Below, piece after piece: positions 23,101-34,630 of a DNA stretch of 64,000 bases. The stretch covers positions 1,922,001 to 1,986,000 of the forward strand of contig NC_027217.1 in assembly GCF_000981445.1 (NCBI RefSeq), read 5' to 3'. A program made the translations under genes and the position numbers. Every line of letters starts with the position of its first letter. The stretch's first letter is position 1. The notes under the pieces are model-generated. The model searched no databases. It was given only the letters and a program-made list of their open reading frames with translations, and was not told the origin of the DNA. The stretch comes from Babesia bigemina (lineage: Eukaryota).

Positions 23101-24826
23101 ATGAGTGGAGGGACTGCTGCGCAACCTGGAGGTGCTGACGCTCCTGATGCAGATGGGAAAACAAAGGTAGAAAAAATAAAAGCAGACTATGGCCCATTCG
23201 GTCAAGTGTTGTACCACGTGGTGTCGTTCACTGAGGGCTACGAGCAGCAGGTGTTGTACTTGTGCATGAGAGTCTTCGAGTCAACTATGAGCTTCACCAA
23301 GAGTCAACTGACAACGCTGATGACCGTGTCTATACTGTCACGCTTGTGCTTCTCGCTAGTTTGGGGTCTGCTGGCGGACGCGTTTGAGACTAACCTGGTG
23401 ATGGCTGCTGGGTTATTATTCATGGGCATCGCCTCCATTCTGCTAAGCGCCACGTCACGATTTTCGTCGGTAGGTCGCACTTGATGCACTGCTGATGCGT
23501 CTGCAGATCCTATTTCTGCGATTCTTACACGGCGCTGCATTTGGTTGTATCTACCCAGTTCAGCAAAAAATTATCTCAGATGAAGATGATGATCAGGAAG
23601 GAGGCAGTAGCAGTGCGTTTACCCGTATTCACGCGCTGAATTGCATCGGCCGTATGCTGTGTGCCGCAATAACCACTGAGGCTGCTCAGAACATCTTGCT
23701 AGGATTCATCGGCTGGCGCGTGTCATACATAGTGCTGGGCTATTTGTGGATTTCGGTTGGCATCGCGATTGTATTTGCAATGCATACCGAGAAGGTACTA
23801 ACCACTCCATATAATTCCATGAAAGACTTCATTGGTCAAATATCCGGTGCGTTTACTGCGGTTTTCTCGAATTGGTCATCATTTCTGTGTATATTTACAA
23901 TGTTGATTGCGGAGGCTCCGATGTGCACTTTGCCGTACATGATCACGTACCTGGAGTACCTGGGAGTCTCTGACCTGAAAGTGGGTATTGCGATATTGGT
24001 CACGACGATCGGTGGCGCAGCAGGGACTGCGGCTGGAGGAATTGTTATCGAACAAATCACAAAGTTGCATAGTGAATATGGCGAGCTGATAGCGGGCATT
24101 GTTGTGATGGGCGTGCGACTAATCGTTTGTGTATTGTTCTTTGTGTCTCCGGCGCCGGACGGACGTCTGATGTGGTATCACTACATAGAGTTTGCAATTC
24201 TAGGCGCGACTTTGGTTACAGTTGGCGGCGTGGATAGACCCATTATGAGAAAAGTAATCCCGGACAAGTACCAGGCTAGCGCCTCGGCCATCATCCAGTG
24301 CATATCGGGTATCTCGGTTAGCGTGAGTTTCGTGGAGATCTTCGCGTACGTGTCAGAGAAGCTGCATGGTTACGCGCCGTCAACACAGGCAATTGATGAC
24401 ATGGACGCGGCGCTGAAAGATAACAACACTGAAGCCCTGAGGAAGTCGACCATGTACATGATCGTAATTGGATCACTGCTGAACATTGCCTGCTACGGAG
24501 CGCTGTTTGGCACGTACCAAACGGATAAGGAACAAGTTAAGGAGGAAAACGTGCCAGTACGGGTAGAAAGGAATGAAAGGCAGGAAAAAAGGGAAGAAAT
24601 GAAGAGGCAGCTGAGTGCGGCAACTCATGCTGAAAAGGCAGTTACTCCGCAGGAGGTAGAGGCTAGATCTACAAAGACGGAATCACCCATCGAAGAGCTG
24701 CCATCATCCGATCTGGAGGTGGAGATACCATTTGAAGGTGAAAACATTGCCGACAGAGGAACGCCATTGTCCGATGAAGCGATAAAGGAGTTTATCCGCA
24801 CTGGAGGTAAAAGTACTGGCGAATGA
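23101..24826 (+). CDS. Major facilitator superfamily transporter, expanded family, paralog 1 (exons 23101-23469, 23507-24826)
   Basis: Multiple TM segments; MFS motif-A-like WGLLADAF, LRFLHG and GWRVSY; a 37-nt intron GTAGGT..CTGCAG joins the two ORFs in frame. Confidence 0.9.
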
Positions 24827-26480
24827 GTATTTGAGACAATACCCTCGCTGAGCAAACGAGACCTTGGTACACCATCACTGCTCATCAATGTGCAGTGCTC
24901 TGGACACAAAGCAGTTATTGACCTTCGTACCATCATGTGCATTTTATGTTTCATATGGTAGAGGCATATATAAGTGAAGCTAAAGTCCACGAGCTGTAAT
25001 GCTCTACGGAGGAATCTTAATTTACTTGACTGAGATATTCGCTTCTGTGTACCTGTGAAAGAACGCTGTAATGTTGCGGACGTTGCAATTTACCAATTGA
25101 AGGATGACCCGAGATCTCTTCATTAGAACACCAACAAAAAGACGAAGGCATACCACTCTTCTATGCTCAATTCTCAAGTGGCGCAACACAACTATATAAC
25201 AGTGCAAGGGCGTGACTTCGCGTTAACCGGTCCCCTCCCGGAACGCCTCGTCAGATGCCCACCCGTAGCAGGCGCTCAAGGTGTTGGAGCAAAGCTTCTA
25301 CCAACGCCGGTTAGTTTACCGACGGTGGTTATCTAACGTTGTCGCAGGCTTGTGTGTCACGTCGGTTGCAGTTGAAATCCTGACCGACGCTTATGGCGAC
25401 CGGGTTTCATAATACCCGTCTTCACGTGATAACCTGGTCGGCATCGTTCATAGGTTCTTGAAGTCGCTCGATCGTTGCAATATCAGACGAAGCCTCTGTC
25501 TGTTATGCACAAATGCATTTTGTATACTAGGCGGTATGCGCTGTGAGGCCGGTTGTCTGCGCCGCGATGAAATGCAAAGTGATACAAGACCTATATGTTT
25601 TAATTGATGCTGTAAATGTAGTTGTACACTGTGAATGCTGTATTTTAGTTCTCCAAAATATGGAACGACGCTGCGACGACCACCTCATCGGTCATGCGGA
25701 GAGGAACCAATGCAAAGTCTACCACTGCCAGAGGCCACTTGGGCATCGACAGCGAAGACATCGTCGGTGGAAACCGCGGGAAATATGTCGACTGCAAAAT
25801 CTGCAGAACCATACGCGTAGCTGGTATATCACCGCTGCCGGACTTTATGTCCCATCTATGTAAGTGTAGTTATCTGGAATGCTTCCTGGCAAAACGCTGG
25901 AAGCGACTCGTTGGATGCGGGAAGCACATGCTTACAACCCTTGGCATTGCAACACACGGTTACGGCAAAAATACCAAGGGAATCACGAAAGCACGGACAT
26001 GGACCGCTACCTCGTTTCCCAATCGGAGGACCTCATGTAGCATCATATTACACGTAAAATCTGAATGTAGTAAGATTGCCATCCAAATGCAGCCAATATG
26101 TTTATTGCATGATTATTGAGCTACGTGGTGGGCCAATACTAGCAGATAACTGCGGTAGTATTCCGCTATGTCCAATACGTTCTCCTACGTCGGCTGCCTA
26201 GAAGTGTCATCAAAAATAATTTTGCGACCCATCTGACTGGTGAGCAGTTTCTAGGTCTATAATTACGAAAGCGTTTAAGGAATGTGTTCAGGCGTGGGAC
26301 TGGGGGAGATGAGAAGCGATCCCTGGGCATTTAGTGCGGTGATAGCGGATGGACGGCGTATACCCAATTATGCTACTAGCAAACCATCTTTAGACATCTG
26401 GATCAGATTGACACACCGAGTTATTTTAACGCATCTACGGTTATAACGTGCACTTTTAGCGGAAACGTGTGTGCACCAAT

Positions 26481-26520
26481 GACATGCGTACTGCATGTCA
26501 CGTTAACTGTGTAGATCTGA
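26481..26520 (+). promoter_or_regulatory. Conserved upstream element of short ves-like genes (inverted repeat GACATGC-N5-GCATGTC)
   Basis: 256 nt before the ATG at 26737; the homologous element at 43275 is 257 nt before the ATG at 43532. Confidence 0.5.
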
Positions 26521-26736
26521 CAGCGGTAGACAACGAGCAATGCTTTGTACCTATATAATACACGTAATTGGTAATTCTATATCGTTTAATATGTCGATAG
26601 GTTGCGTGTGAATTATAAGACGGCAGCACTGTTGTGCTGATCCGTTAATACGACTGCTGTTCGGCAAAGCTGCCTGTCAATTTACGCGAAATTCGCAAAG
26701 TAGTAGCAGTCACACAACTCATCGAATTTTTCTAAA

Positions 26737-27495
26737 ATGGCCTACAATTGGTTGACTGACGTTCCTCGCAACTTCAAGGAGGCCATCGACTGGTTGATCG
26801 CCTTGAAGGGAACTGATGGCGTGAACAACTTGAAGGCCATGGGTACCGCGATTCACGCAATTCTCGCTAACAAACCTGCAGGATTCACGAAAGTGCCAGC
26901 GCTAGAGGACGTTAAACTTATTACTAAGGAATTCCTGGAGAAAGACAACATTAAGGACCTGTCTCCGGCAAGCGACATGCTTCAAAGATTCAGCAAGCCT
27001 ATGATAAAATCCAATTCTTATGCCAAAAAGTTCAACTTCGAGGAAAGCGACTATGTGAACGTCATAAGTACTCGTGCTATGAAACCTGAAGATATTGCAC
27101 ATGATATAACTGAACTTGTGTATGGCTGTGCAAAGTTCCTGGAAGAAATCAAAACCCCTGACAAGTACAATTCTGCATACAGTCCAGAAACAAATTGGGA
27201 GGCATCATGCGCTAGAAATCCGCAAGCGTGCGCAGTGGTATTTGTCGGGATTGCTCCAATGTTGTTCGTAGGTCTACGTTCTTTGCAGTTTGCGAGCTAT
27301 AGTGATGGGTTCAACTGGCTGCGGTTTAATAGGATGAAGGTTAGTATGGTAGATGTATTGGAAGCCATGGGTTACAAAAAGTCGGAGCTACCACTCATTA
27401 AGAATGGTTCAAATGTCTTCAATGCGTTGAAAAACGTGAGCTCCCGAATGTTGTCCACACTCTACGATCTCAGTGGATTTTGGGCATTCTATTGA
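26737..27495 (+). CDS. Short VESA1-N-terminus-like protein, paralog 2
   Basis: 252-aa ORF: LTDVPRNFKEAIDWLIALKG, YNSAY, ACAVVFVGIAP, YDLSGFWAFY. Confidence 0.82.
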   Translation: MAYNWLTDVPRNFKEAIDWLIALKGTDGVNNLKAMGTAIHAILANKPAGFTKVPALEDVKLITKEFLEKDNIKDLSPASDMLQRFSKPMIKSNSYAKKFNFEESDYVNVISTRAMKPEDIAHDITELVYGCAKFLEEIKTPDKYNSAYSPETNWEASCARNPQACAVVFVGIAPMLFVGLRSLQFASYSDGFNWLRFNRMKVSMVDVLEAMGYKKSELPLIKNGSNVFNALKNVSSRMLSTLYDLSGFWAFY

Positions 27496-28757
27496 GTACA
27501 CGTTTCGAGTCAACAATACAAGTGATTCTAAAAACCAGTTTCGGAATCAGGGTACGTTGTTACCTGGCATCACGAATTCTCACGTGGCATTTCTAAGATA
27601 TGAAATGTGGTGATGGCCAGCAATGTTGTTACGATCTTCACACATCACATTTATCCCGTCGTAAGGGCAAACACAACACTTCGAGCCTGCTTAAACGCAG
27701 TGAGAATGCACTTCGGCGTTTTTTCGATCCTCACACGTTTCAATGTTAGTATAAGCTTAATACATTCTTTAACTACTGGCCGTTCATAAATGATTATAGG
27801 CTTTAGTCGGCATTTGCATTTGAGCTTGTTCTTTGTGAAGTATCTTTGTTTCTACTTGTGTAACGTGCTATGAGCGGCCACTTATGGAATGTGCTGATTT
27901 CCACGTCTATCCGTAATTAGTGGAAGGTGCGCTTTCTGCATTGGTTAGGAATTATGCATTGCACTGTGACTAACAGTGTTGGATGGTGTTCGTGCTGTCT
28001 GACGGCGGTGGTCACTCAGGCTCCTGCATGTCCCGAATGTGGGTGCCTCGTTATATGGTATACTTGTTTAAACTCGCTGTACTGGTTTGGTCATGAATAC
28101 TATATTCGCTTACCGTTTGTTCCTGCATAAGGATCTGCTTTATTATCTACTGCAGTCCAGATGAGGTAATTCGTTCCACTTTCATCTGATCGACATGCTG
28201 GCCACTGATGGTTTGCTTGATAAACACGACAAGCGCAATGATAAGTTAATGTCTATATAAAACATTATTCATGTGTTGTATATCGACGCGTAAGTAGCCC
28301 TGAGATCTACCTGCGGTGCTCAGAGTTCACGGTTGAATGCGTTGGGTACCATATTGATGAATTTGTACAGTTTCCAAAAACATACGAGTAACTTCCACTA
28401 TACTTTTGAACCTGTGTATCTACCTTGTAAAATATGTGAGTCAATTAAAAGTATTATAAGTTGATAGACAGCTTGCTGCCGATGCGTGCCTCGTCCACCA
28501 TCCCCTGCGCGATTCTCTGTAGACCGGCAACCAATTGACGTCGTTGATGTAGGTTGAATCATGTCTCATCTATGTACGATTCGGGTACAGTTTGATCATG
28601 GTCTCCAACTCATAAAATTCGAATGACCGTGGGTTCATTGCCGCTGATTCCACGAAATAAAAAAACGCCAACATGGACATAAATTATGGTGACGCTGATG
28701 GCTTTAAAAAAGGGGATATTAGAAGATAAATATTTATGATAACTCATTACATCACTG

Positions 28758-29900
28758 TCACGTGAACGCTTTCATGCGCCACGAAAGGTCATCCGACTCC
28801 TCGTCGTTCGAAGTGTATTTAACATCTTCTGACAAGGTAGCTGCTGATATGTCATCAACAGTTGCACCCAGGACATCTTCTGAGCTCGTTTCCGCAATAT
28901 CGCTCTTGATAGCGTCGACCTTAGCAGACAGAGTACGCACGGCCTCTTGGTGCTCCTGCTCGTCACGCATCAGACGGTGCCGCTCCTGCCAGCTCTCAAC
29001 GTACTTTTCCTGGACGTAACGGGCCTCGTTCAGAAGCTCAGCTTGACTACGCTCAAGCTCCGAGAGCTTCTCGCTGGCCTCACGGCCGGTCAGCTTGCCG
29101 CGAACCTGCGCGTCGGACCTCTTGTTGTCGAAGAAGCCGTCGGGGAGGTTGACGTCCGTGCTCAATCGCATGTTCGACTTGCCGAAGTTGGCGGACGTTA
29201 TGGTGCTGCTGGAGTCGCCTACCACCCCGTAGTCCAACGTGCTGGCAGAATCGTCTACGTTGCCCAGGATGCGCTGCCTCTCGTACTCGATGCGGCTGCT
29301 GAAGGCAGTGTTCAATTGGTCGTAGAGGTGCACATCATCTGATATTTCCAACTGTTCTGGTCTCGGTTCGACGCCATCTGCTGAGGGATGTAATGCCTGG
29401 GCGGCCATGACCATCGTCTGTTGACCCACATCTGGCAGAGGCTTCCCACCGACGTCATCTCCACTTTGAACATAGGAGCCGTTAATATCGTTGTCGTACG
29501 GACTATTTACGCCCTCAACTCCACCCATAAATGTGTTTATATCGCCATAAGAATGGTCACGGAATAGGGACGAATGCGATAAATAGTTGTAATCTGCTGA
29601 TGCGTCCATGCCGTCGCCAGAATCCTGTCGGGATCTCGTGGAGCGACGTGCTGCCAATATCGTTGGAGAAGACGCGCCATCAGAGTCTTCTGACTCCGAA
29701 ACCAGCTCAAACGATTCCTCCAACACTTTCGGTGTGGCATCTGGCAAAGGACGCTGCGGTTCCACACTTTGCGGCTTTTGCGATGCGGAATCTACGCGCG
29801 GAGCTACAGCCTGTACCTTGGCAGGCGCCTCGGAATCCTCAGAATTGGCGCCACGCCTCGCCGCCTTCTCGCGGCGCATCAACGCACGCAGCGACGACAT
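28758..29900 (-). CDS. ZNF830/CCDC16-like nuclear (spliceosome-associated) protein
   Basis: ATG at 29900; the LPDGFFDxxxxDAQVR motif, coiled coil, acidic tail and terminal WRMKA resemble the ZNF830 C-terminus; no clear zinc finger seen. Confidence 0.6.
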   Translation of the reverse strand: MSSLRALMRREKAARRGANSEDSEAPAKVQAVAPRVDSASQKPQSVEPQRPLPDATPKVLEESFELVSESEDSDGASSPTILAARRSTRSRQDSGDGMDASADYNYLSHSSLFRDHSYGDINTFMGGVEGVNSPYDNDINGSYVQSGDDVGGKPLPDVGQQTMVMAAQALHPSADGVEPRPEQLEISDDVHLYDQLNTAFSSRIEYERQRILGNVDDSASTLDYGVVGDSSSTITSANFGKSNMRLSTDVNLPDGFFDNKRSDAQVRGKLTGREASEKLSELERSQAELLNEARYVQEKYVESWQERHRLMRDEQEHQEAVRTLSAKVDAIKSDIAETSSEDVLGATVDDISAATLSEDVKYTSNDEESDDLSWRMKAFT

Positions 29901-29963
29901 GGCGACAAGCACGACTCACGGCTCACACACTGCGATAGACACATATAATGAAGAAAAATTATA

Positions 29964-31954
29964 CTATAATTCTGTGCGTGATGGCTTCCGCAACAGTGCC
30001 GTTGCGATCATCAGTGCAATCACGAACATACCGTACAAGGTGGCCCAGCCGTACCTGAGAGGACTGTAATGCAAGTGCGGAAAGAACATACCAGTCAACA
30101 ACGTATGCCACCAGGAAACCTTGGCAAACAGAACCGACGGTGGAAATAGCCAGGAGGAAGCCGTAGACAACGAGCGACTCCTGCTGGTTCAGCTCTGCGG
30201 CAGTGTGAGCGGCAACAGGCAGACAACCAACCCGAACGGTCACACAGAGATTTGATCCCACGCGCCATCAGTATAGCCTCGGTGGCCGCCGTGGCGACGC
30301 CGGTTGTGAAGCAGAAGAAGTAGGAGAGGAGCGGCCAGCTGAAGTTCATCAGACTGAACACCAACACCGCGACGGCGGTGGCGCCGCAGAAGTACGTGCA
30401 CGCAGTCAACGGCCGTCCCTTCCAGAACACGTGGCACACGAAGGCAACGAGCATGTTGCCCACGCAGTTACCCACACTAAACGTCAGCGAGACGTAGTTG
30501 CCCTGCGCCACCGTAAAGGCGAACATGGTGGACACATAGAAGTTCACCCACGAGCTGAAGCAGTTCTTCACCAGCTTCAGAATGAAGGACGCGACCGCAA
30601 TGCGGCCGATGTAGCTCACGCGAAAGAGGGCGGAAACGTAGTCCACGCTGACGCGGTGCACCTTAGAATACAGACCACTCGCCCTGCTGCGCATGAAAAA
30701 CGAGAGCGAGGAGAAGCTGACGGATCCGGCCGCAGTCTCCTTCACCTCCTGCTGTATGTTGCTCAGCCCCGAGAGAATGAACTCCCGCCGAGAGTCGGGG
30801 GCGGGCGCAGGTGGTTCATGCTCGGTGGCGATAAAAGACTCCACGCAGTTGCGTCGGCGGCGAATGCGGCGCGCGTACCGCCCGAGTTGGCGGAAGTTGT
30901 TCCGGACGATGGCACGAGGATCCACGATCCGGCCGTCAGACGTGGGCTCCTTGGAGTTGTCGTAGAGGCAAAACATCAAAACCGCCACCAGCATGTTCAA
31001 CAATCCGCTCACAACGTATGGACTGCGCCAGCCCCAGCTCTCATGGGCGTAAATGCAGATCAGAGCCCCAGCAATGGCCCCCAGGTCAGATCCCGTGAAC
31101 CACACCGTTATTAGCGGGAAGCTGTACTCCTTGGGCAACCACTCCGACAGATGTGAGAACAACACCGCCCACACGGGCCCGCTGACGAAGCCTGCGAACG
31201 CGTACACGACCATGAAGCAGCCCATGCTGTTTGGCGCGAAGAGCAGCGTCATCGCAAAGCCCATGACAAACTGGTACATGGCGATCAAGGCCACGTTGTT
31301 CGTCTTCGATGACAGCGCGGGCGAGCTCATCTGGCCGAATACGTGGCAAACGGAGAACGCCGTGTCGAGGTGCGTTAGGTCGAGCGTAGTTAGACCCAGA
31401 TTGCGCTGCAGGTTAACCTTCGCCGACGACAGCGGCATCCGCAGCACCTGGCCCACGAAGGTGCTCAGCCAGCAGAATGTAAATGCGAACAACACGCGCT
31501 TCAGGTCATATCCGCGCCCCGGCCTAGCGGGTCCGGGCTGGTCGTCTTCGTTAATGTGATGCTCCCCCAATACCGATGCATTGCTGGGGGTGTATTCGAG
31601 CTCCGATGGACCCGCCTCGATGTCGCCAGGACTCCTGCCTGGCTGTTCCGGTGAACCGAGTGATATGTCGATGTACTCTCCATCTGTGATGTTCGGAGAT
31701 GTTATATTACTGCTGTCATACACGTCCTCGCGAGCACTACTCAACGCATCCGCCGGCAGCTCAGCTCTGGCAGCCAGGGCACGCGCCGAATCCGCCAGAG
31801 ATCGCGTCGGATCGTCTGACTCGGGCGCCGGGTACCCGAACCTAGATGACGCGAGCTCATCGTCGCCGACACCGGACGCGCTGCCCAAAGCTACCTCGAC
31901 ATCAGCAACATTGTGGACGGATAGATCATGTTTGCCCGCGCTTGCAGCCGGCAT
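29964..31954 (-). CDS. MFS transporter, organophosphate:Pi antiporter (SLC37/GlpT/UhpT-like); two short 3' introns
   Basis: TM segments plus LSEWLPK and WGWRSPY motifs. Introns near 30195-30232 (GTTGGT..CCGCAG) and 30055-30091 (GTATGT..CTCAG) link three ORFs, ending ...WYGWATLYGMFVIALMIATALLRKPSRTEL*. Confidence 0.78.
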
Positions 31955-32881
31955 AGTCACTCACACGTCCGGATACACCCGCATTGCATCGGTCGCCCCT
32001 TGGCGCGTCCATAAAGCGAGGCTGAGTGGCCGCTAGGCCGCAAAGCGAGTAGCGAATACAACCAGATTCACCAGGGGGACGACCGCATCTAATCGCAACG
32101 ACAATAAAAACAGCTCTACCTCGACCGCTTCAGTAAACTCGCGGCCGACTGACTGCGAAAATGTCGCTGACTGTGCGACGAAGTTTCTGAGCTGCACAAA
32201 ACGGACGCTAATCCGCCGGCACGTATTGACACGGATGCCACAAAATATGATATAATTAAATGAAAAATCGTAATATTAGTTTATAAAAATGAAGCGGATG
32301 GTTCCACTACGCCGGAAGGTCTACGGCCGACTCCGGACACGTCGCACGGCGTGCTCACTTGTCCACAAGCGCATCGGACACGTAATACAGGTTGTGTACC
32401 GTGGTCTGGCGTAAGAGGATCGCCTCCAACTCGGTGTTCGAATGCAGCCGCGACTCCAGCTCAGAGGAAGGCATCGACGCTCCGCGCTCGCGCAGCAGAC
32501 TCAGCTCCTCCTCAGCCTACAATGACGTCAGCACATCACACAGCAGCACAGTGTTACGAACAGACACTCCCAAATGAACAAGAGACAACGTACCTTCCCA
32601 ACGAAGTAGTTGCGGAAAACCGGGTTGCGGAACGACTCCGCAGCTGTTTTGACACGCGAAAGCACGCCCACCAGCTTCTGCAACGACATGGGCGCATTTA
32701 TTTGGTTATTCCGGCCGCGAGAGGGGTGATGGCATTGATGCGAGTGATGTGTTGCAGGGCCCGAGGTTGCGGCCATGTGTGGCAGCGACCGGCACGAAAA
32801 CCCATTAATCGGCCACAAGACCATGTAGAAGGCGCCGTAACTGCAGAATACAGCCACACATACGCATAATGAGCACGTAAA

Positions 32882-34354
32882 ATGGGCTTCCGCCGCACAG
32901 CAAAACTTATCGCAGTGGCCATCGCTGGAATCCAACGCGCGGAAGCGCTCCAGCCGCGCCATCACAATGCGCCTACGTGTGCCTTCCATAGCGCATCGGA
33001 GGCGTTTCTCGTGCCGACGTGTGTCAGTTCGAGGAGTGCCGTGCAAAACAGGCGCCCCGCCGAGCGCTTCGCTTTAGACACGGACCCAGGCAAGGACGGA
33101 GATGATGAGCAAAGCAACAAAGCTAGTGAGCCCGGCAGGATCCACGATGACAGGGAAGATCACACCACTGTTCACGAGGAGTACGAACGCGAGAGCATTG
33201 AGTACATCGACAAACAACTGTTACAGCAGTCGGGGGAGCGAACGGCGGACAATGGCGGCGCTGGAGAGCAGGAGGCCGACAAGGATAATTACTTCAACTG
33301 GGACAGGGTCAGGGATAACAGGAATATGACGAGCGACGAGGTGGTGAAGTCGGTGGACTCGACGGGAATGCGGGAACTGGAGAAAGGGCCGAGACCGACG
33401 CTGGCGGGACGCGGCACCGACATGCGCCTCAACATCGAAGACTTCCCGACAAACGTTGATACCGGGCGCCTTAACGAGTGGGTGCCGAGCTGGCATCCAG
33501 GAGAGAAGGTGATGTCCTTCTTTCCGATACTCATCGATCAGTACTCACTGCTGCCTTCGCCGCTGCAGCTGGGATTCGAGGACCCCGTTGTCTTCAGGGG
33601 CAAATATGTGGACATGACCTTCAACTCCCTGATAGATAACGTAGCCATGCCGGATGGCAGCACCAAGCAGATATACGGGATGTGCTTCATCAACCCCAAC
33701 TCCGGCCAACTGGCGCCCCTTGCCGTATACGCGGAGCTCCTGTCGAGGGAGGCGTTCGTGGACGGAGGCGGAGAGAGACTCAAGGTCAAAGGAAGGGTGC
33801 TCGGAAGGGTTCTGCTGCATCAGGTGGTGATGGAGGAGCCCTTCATCAAGGCGAAAATCATTCCAATGGAGGACGACCCCAAGTTCACCGAGCTCGACGA
33901 GGTACCGAAGCTGGTGGACGAGATAACCAGCCTGCACGATATGTGCAACAAAGTAGAATGCGAAATGATGGAGCTTATGGGACAGCATTACGCGGTGGCA
34001 CGCATCAAAAGCAGGCCGGAACTCCACGACGTGATCGACCAAAGACTGGACCACTTCGACATCGACCTCGCCACGGGGGCGCAGGCCTTCGCTCAAATCG
34101 CAGCATACACAGCATTTGATTTCCACCTCACTGCAGACGAACGCTACGACGCTCTGACAATGCAAAACTCTATAGACAGGCTGCGTTACGTCAGGGACAG
34201 CCTCAGGTCTAAGCTCAAGCAACTCAACATCCTCAAAAAGGCGCCGAGGGACCGACTGGAAGACATCCTCGAGCAGATGAAACAGATGCAGCTCAACAGG
34301 GAAGAGGCGGCTGAATCAGTTGCCAACGAAGGCGACCAAAACGGCGATGAGTAG
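32882..34354 (+). CDS. Lon protease N-terminal (substrate-binding)-like domain protein with signal + transit-like leader (possibly apicoplast)
   Basis: 490 aa; hydrophobic N-terminus then a basic S/R-rich stretch; FFP...YGM...GRV...EEPFIKA and ERYDAL...DRL resemble LON_substr_bdg; no AAA+ or protease motif. Confidence 0.6.
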   Translation: MGFRRTAKLIAVAIAGIQRAEALQPRHHNAPTCAFHSASEAFLVPTCVSSRSAVQNRRPAERFALDTDPGKDGDDEQSNKASEPGRIHDDREDHTTVHEEYERESIEYIDKQLLQQSGERTADNGGAGEQEADKDNYFNWDRVRDNRNMTSDEVVKSVDSTGMRELEKGPRPTLAGRGTDMRLNIEDFPTNVDTGRLNEWVPSWHPGEKVMSFFPILIDQYSLLPSPLQLGFEDPVVFRGKYVDMTFNSLIDNVAMPDGSTKQIYGMCFINPNSGQLAPLAVYAELLSREAFVDGGGERLKVKGRVLGRVLLHQVVMEEPFIKAKIIPMEDDPKFTELDEVPKLVDEITSLHDMCNKVECEMMELMGQHYAVARIKSRPELHDVIDQRLDHFDIDLATGAQAFAQIAAYTAFDFHLTADERYDALTMQNSIDRLRYVRDSLRSKLKQLNILKKAPRDRLEDILEQMKQMQLNREEAAESVANEGDQNGDE

Positions 34355-34630
34355 TAGCAAGTAACGGCGTCCTATGGTGCGTATTGAACGCGTTCCTTCG
34401 TTATGTAGTGGACCAGTGAATACACATTAGGGTCTATTTACCCATGATAACAAAATGAACAGTATATTAACTTATTAAAGCGGGGAAGGCAACACCGATG
34501 TTGGCGCGTGATGCATATCAGACACCCAGGGAGCAACGGCCAACCTGCAACAAATCCTGACTACATGTCATGCCATATGTAATTTAGCAATAAATTTGAC
34601 GGAGCAGGTGTAGGCTGACGAGTCGTCATA

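Larger units (their letters stand above)
20280..26290 (+). repeat. Segmental duplication, cassette copy 1 (pairs with ~57980-64000 throughout and with ~45400-48996 in part)
   Basis: Collinear nucleotide similarity read by eye: ccgcttaacagttg in copies 1 and 3; ttgaaatcctgaccgacgcttatg in all three; ttaaggaatg at 26275-26284 matches the window end. Confidence 0.9.

Noticed and set aside
25543..26119. ORFs in the downstream duplicated block (also 48739-49002, 63166-63837)
   Set aside because: Frames are not maintained across copies and there is no recognisable protein signal.
20280..26290. Cassette as a transposable element
   Set aside because: No transposase or reverse transcriptase, terminal repeats or target-site duplications seen; boundaries differ between copies.
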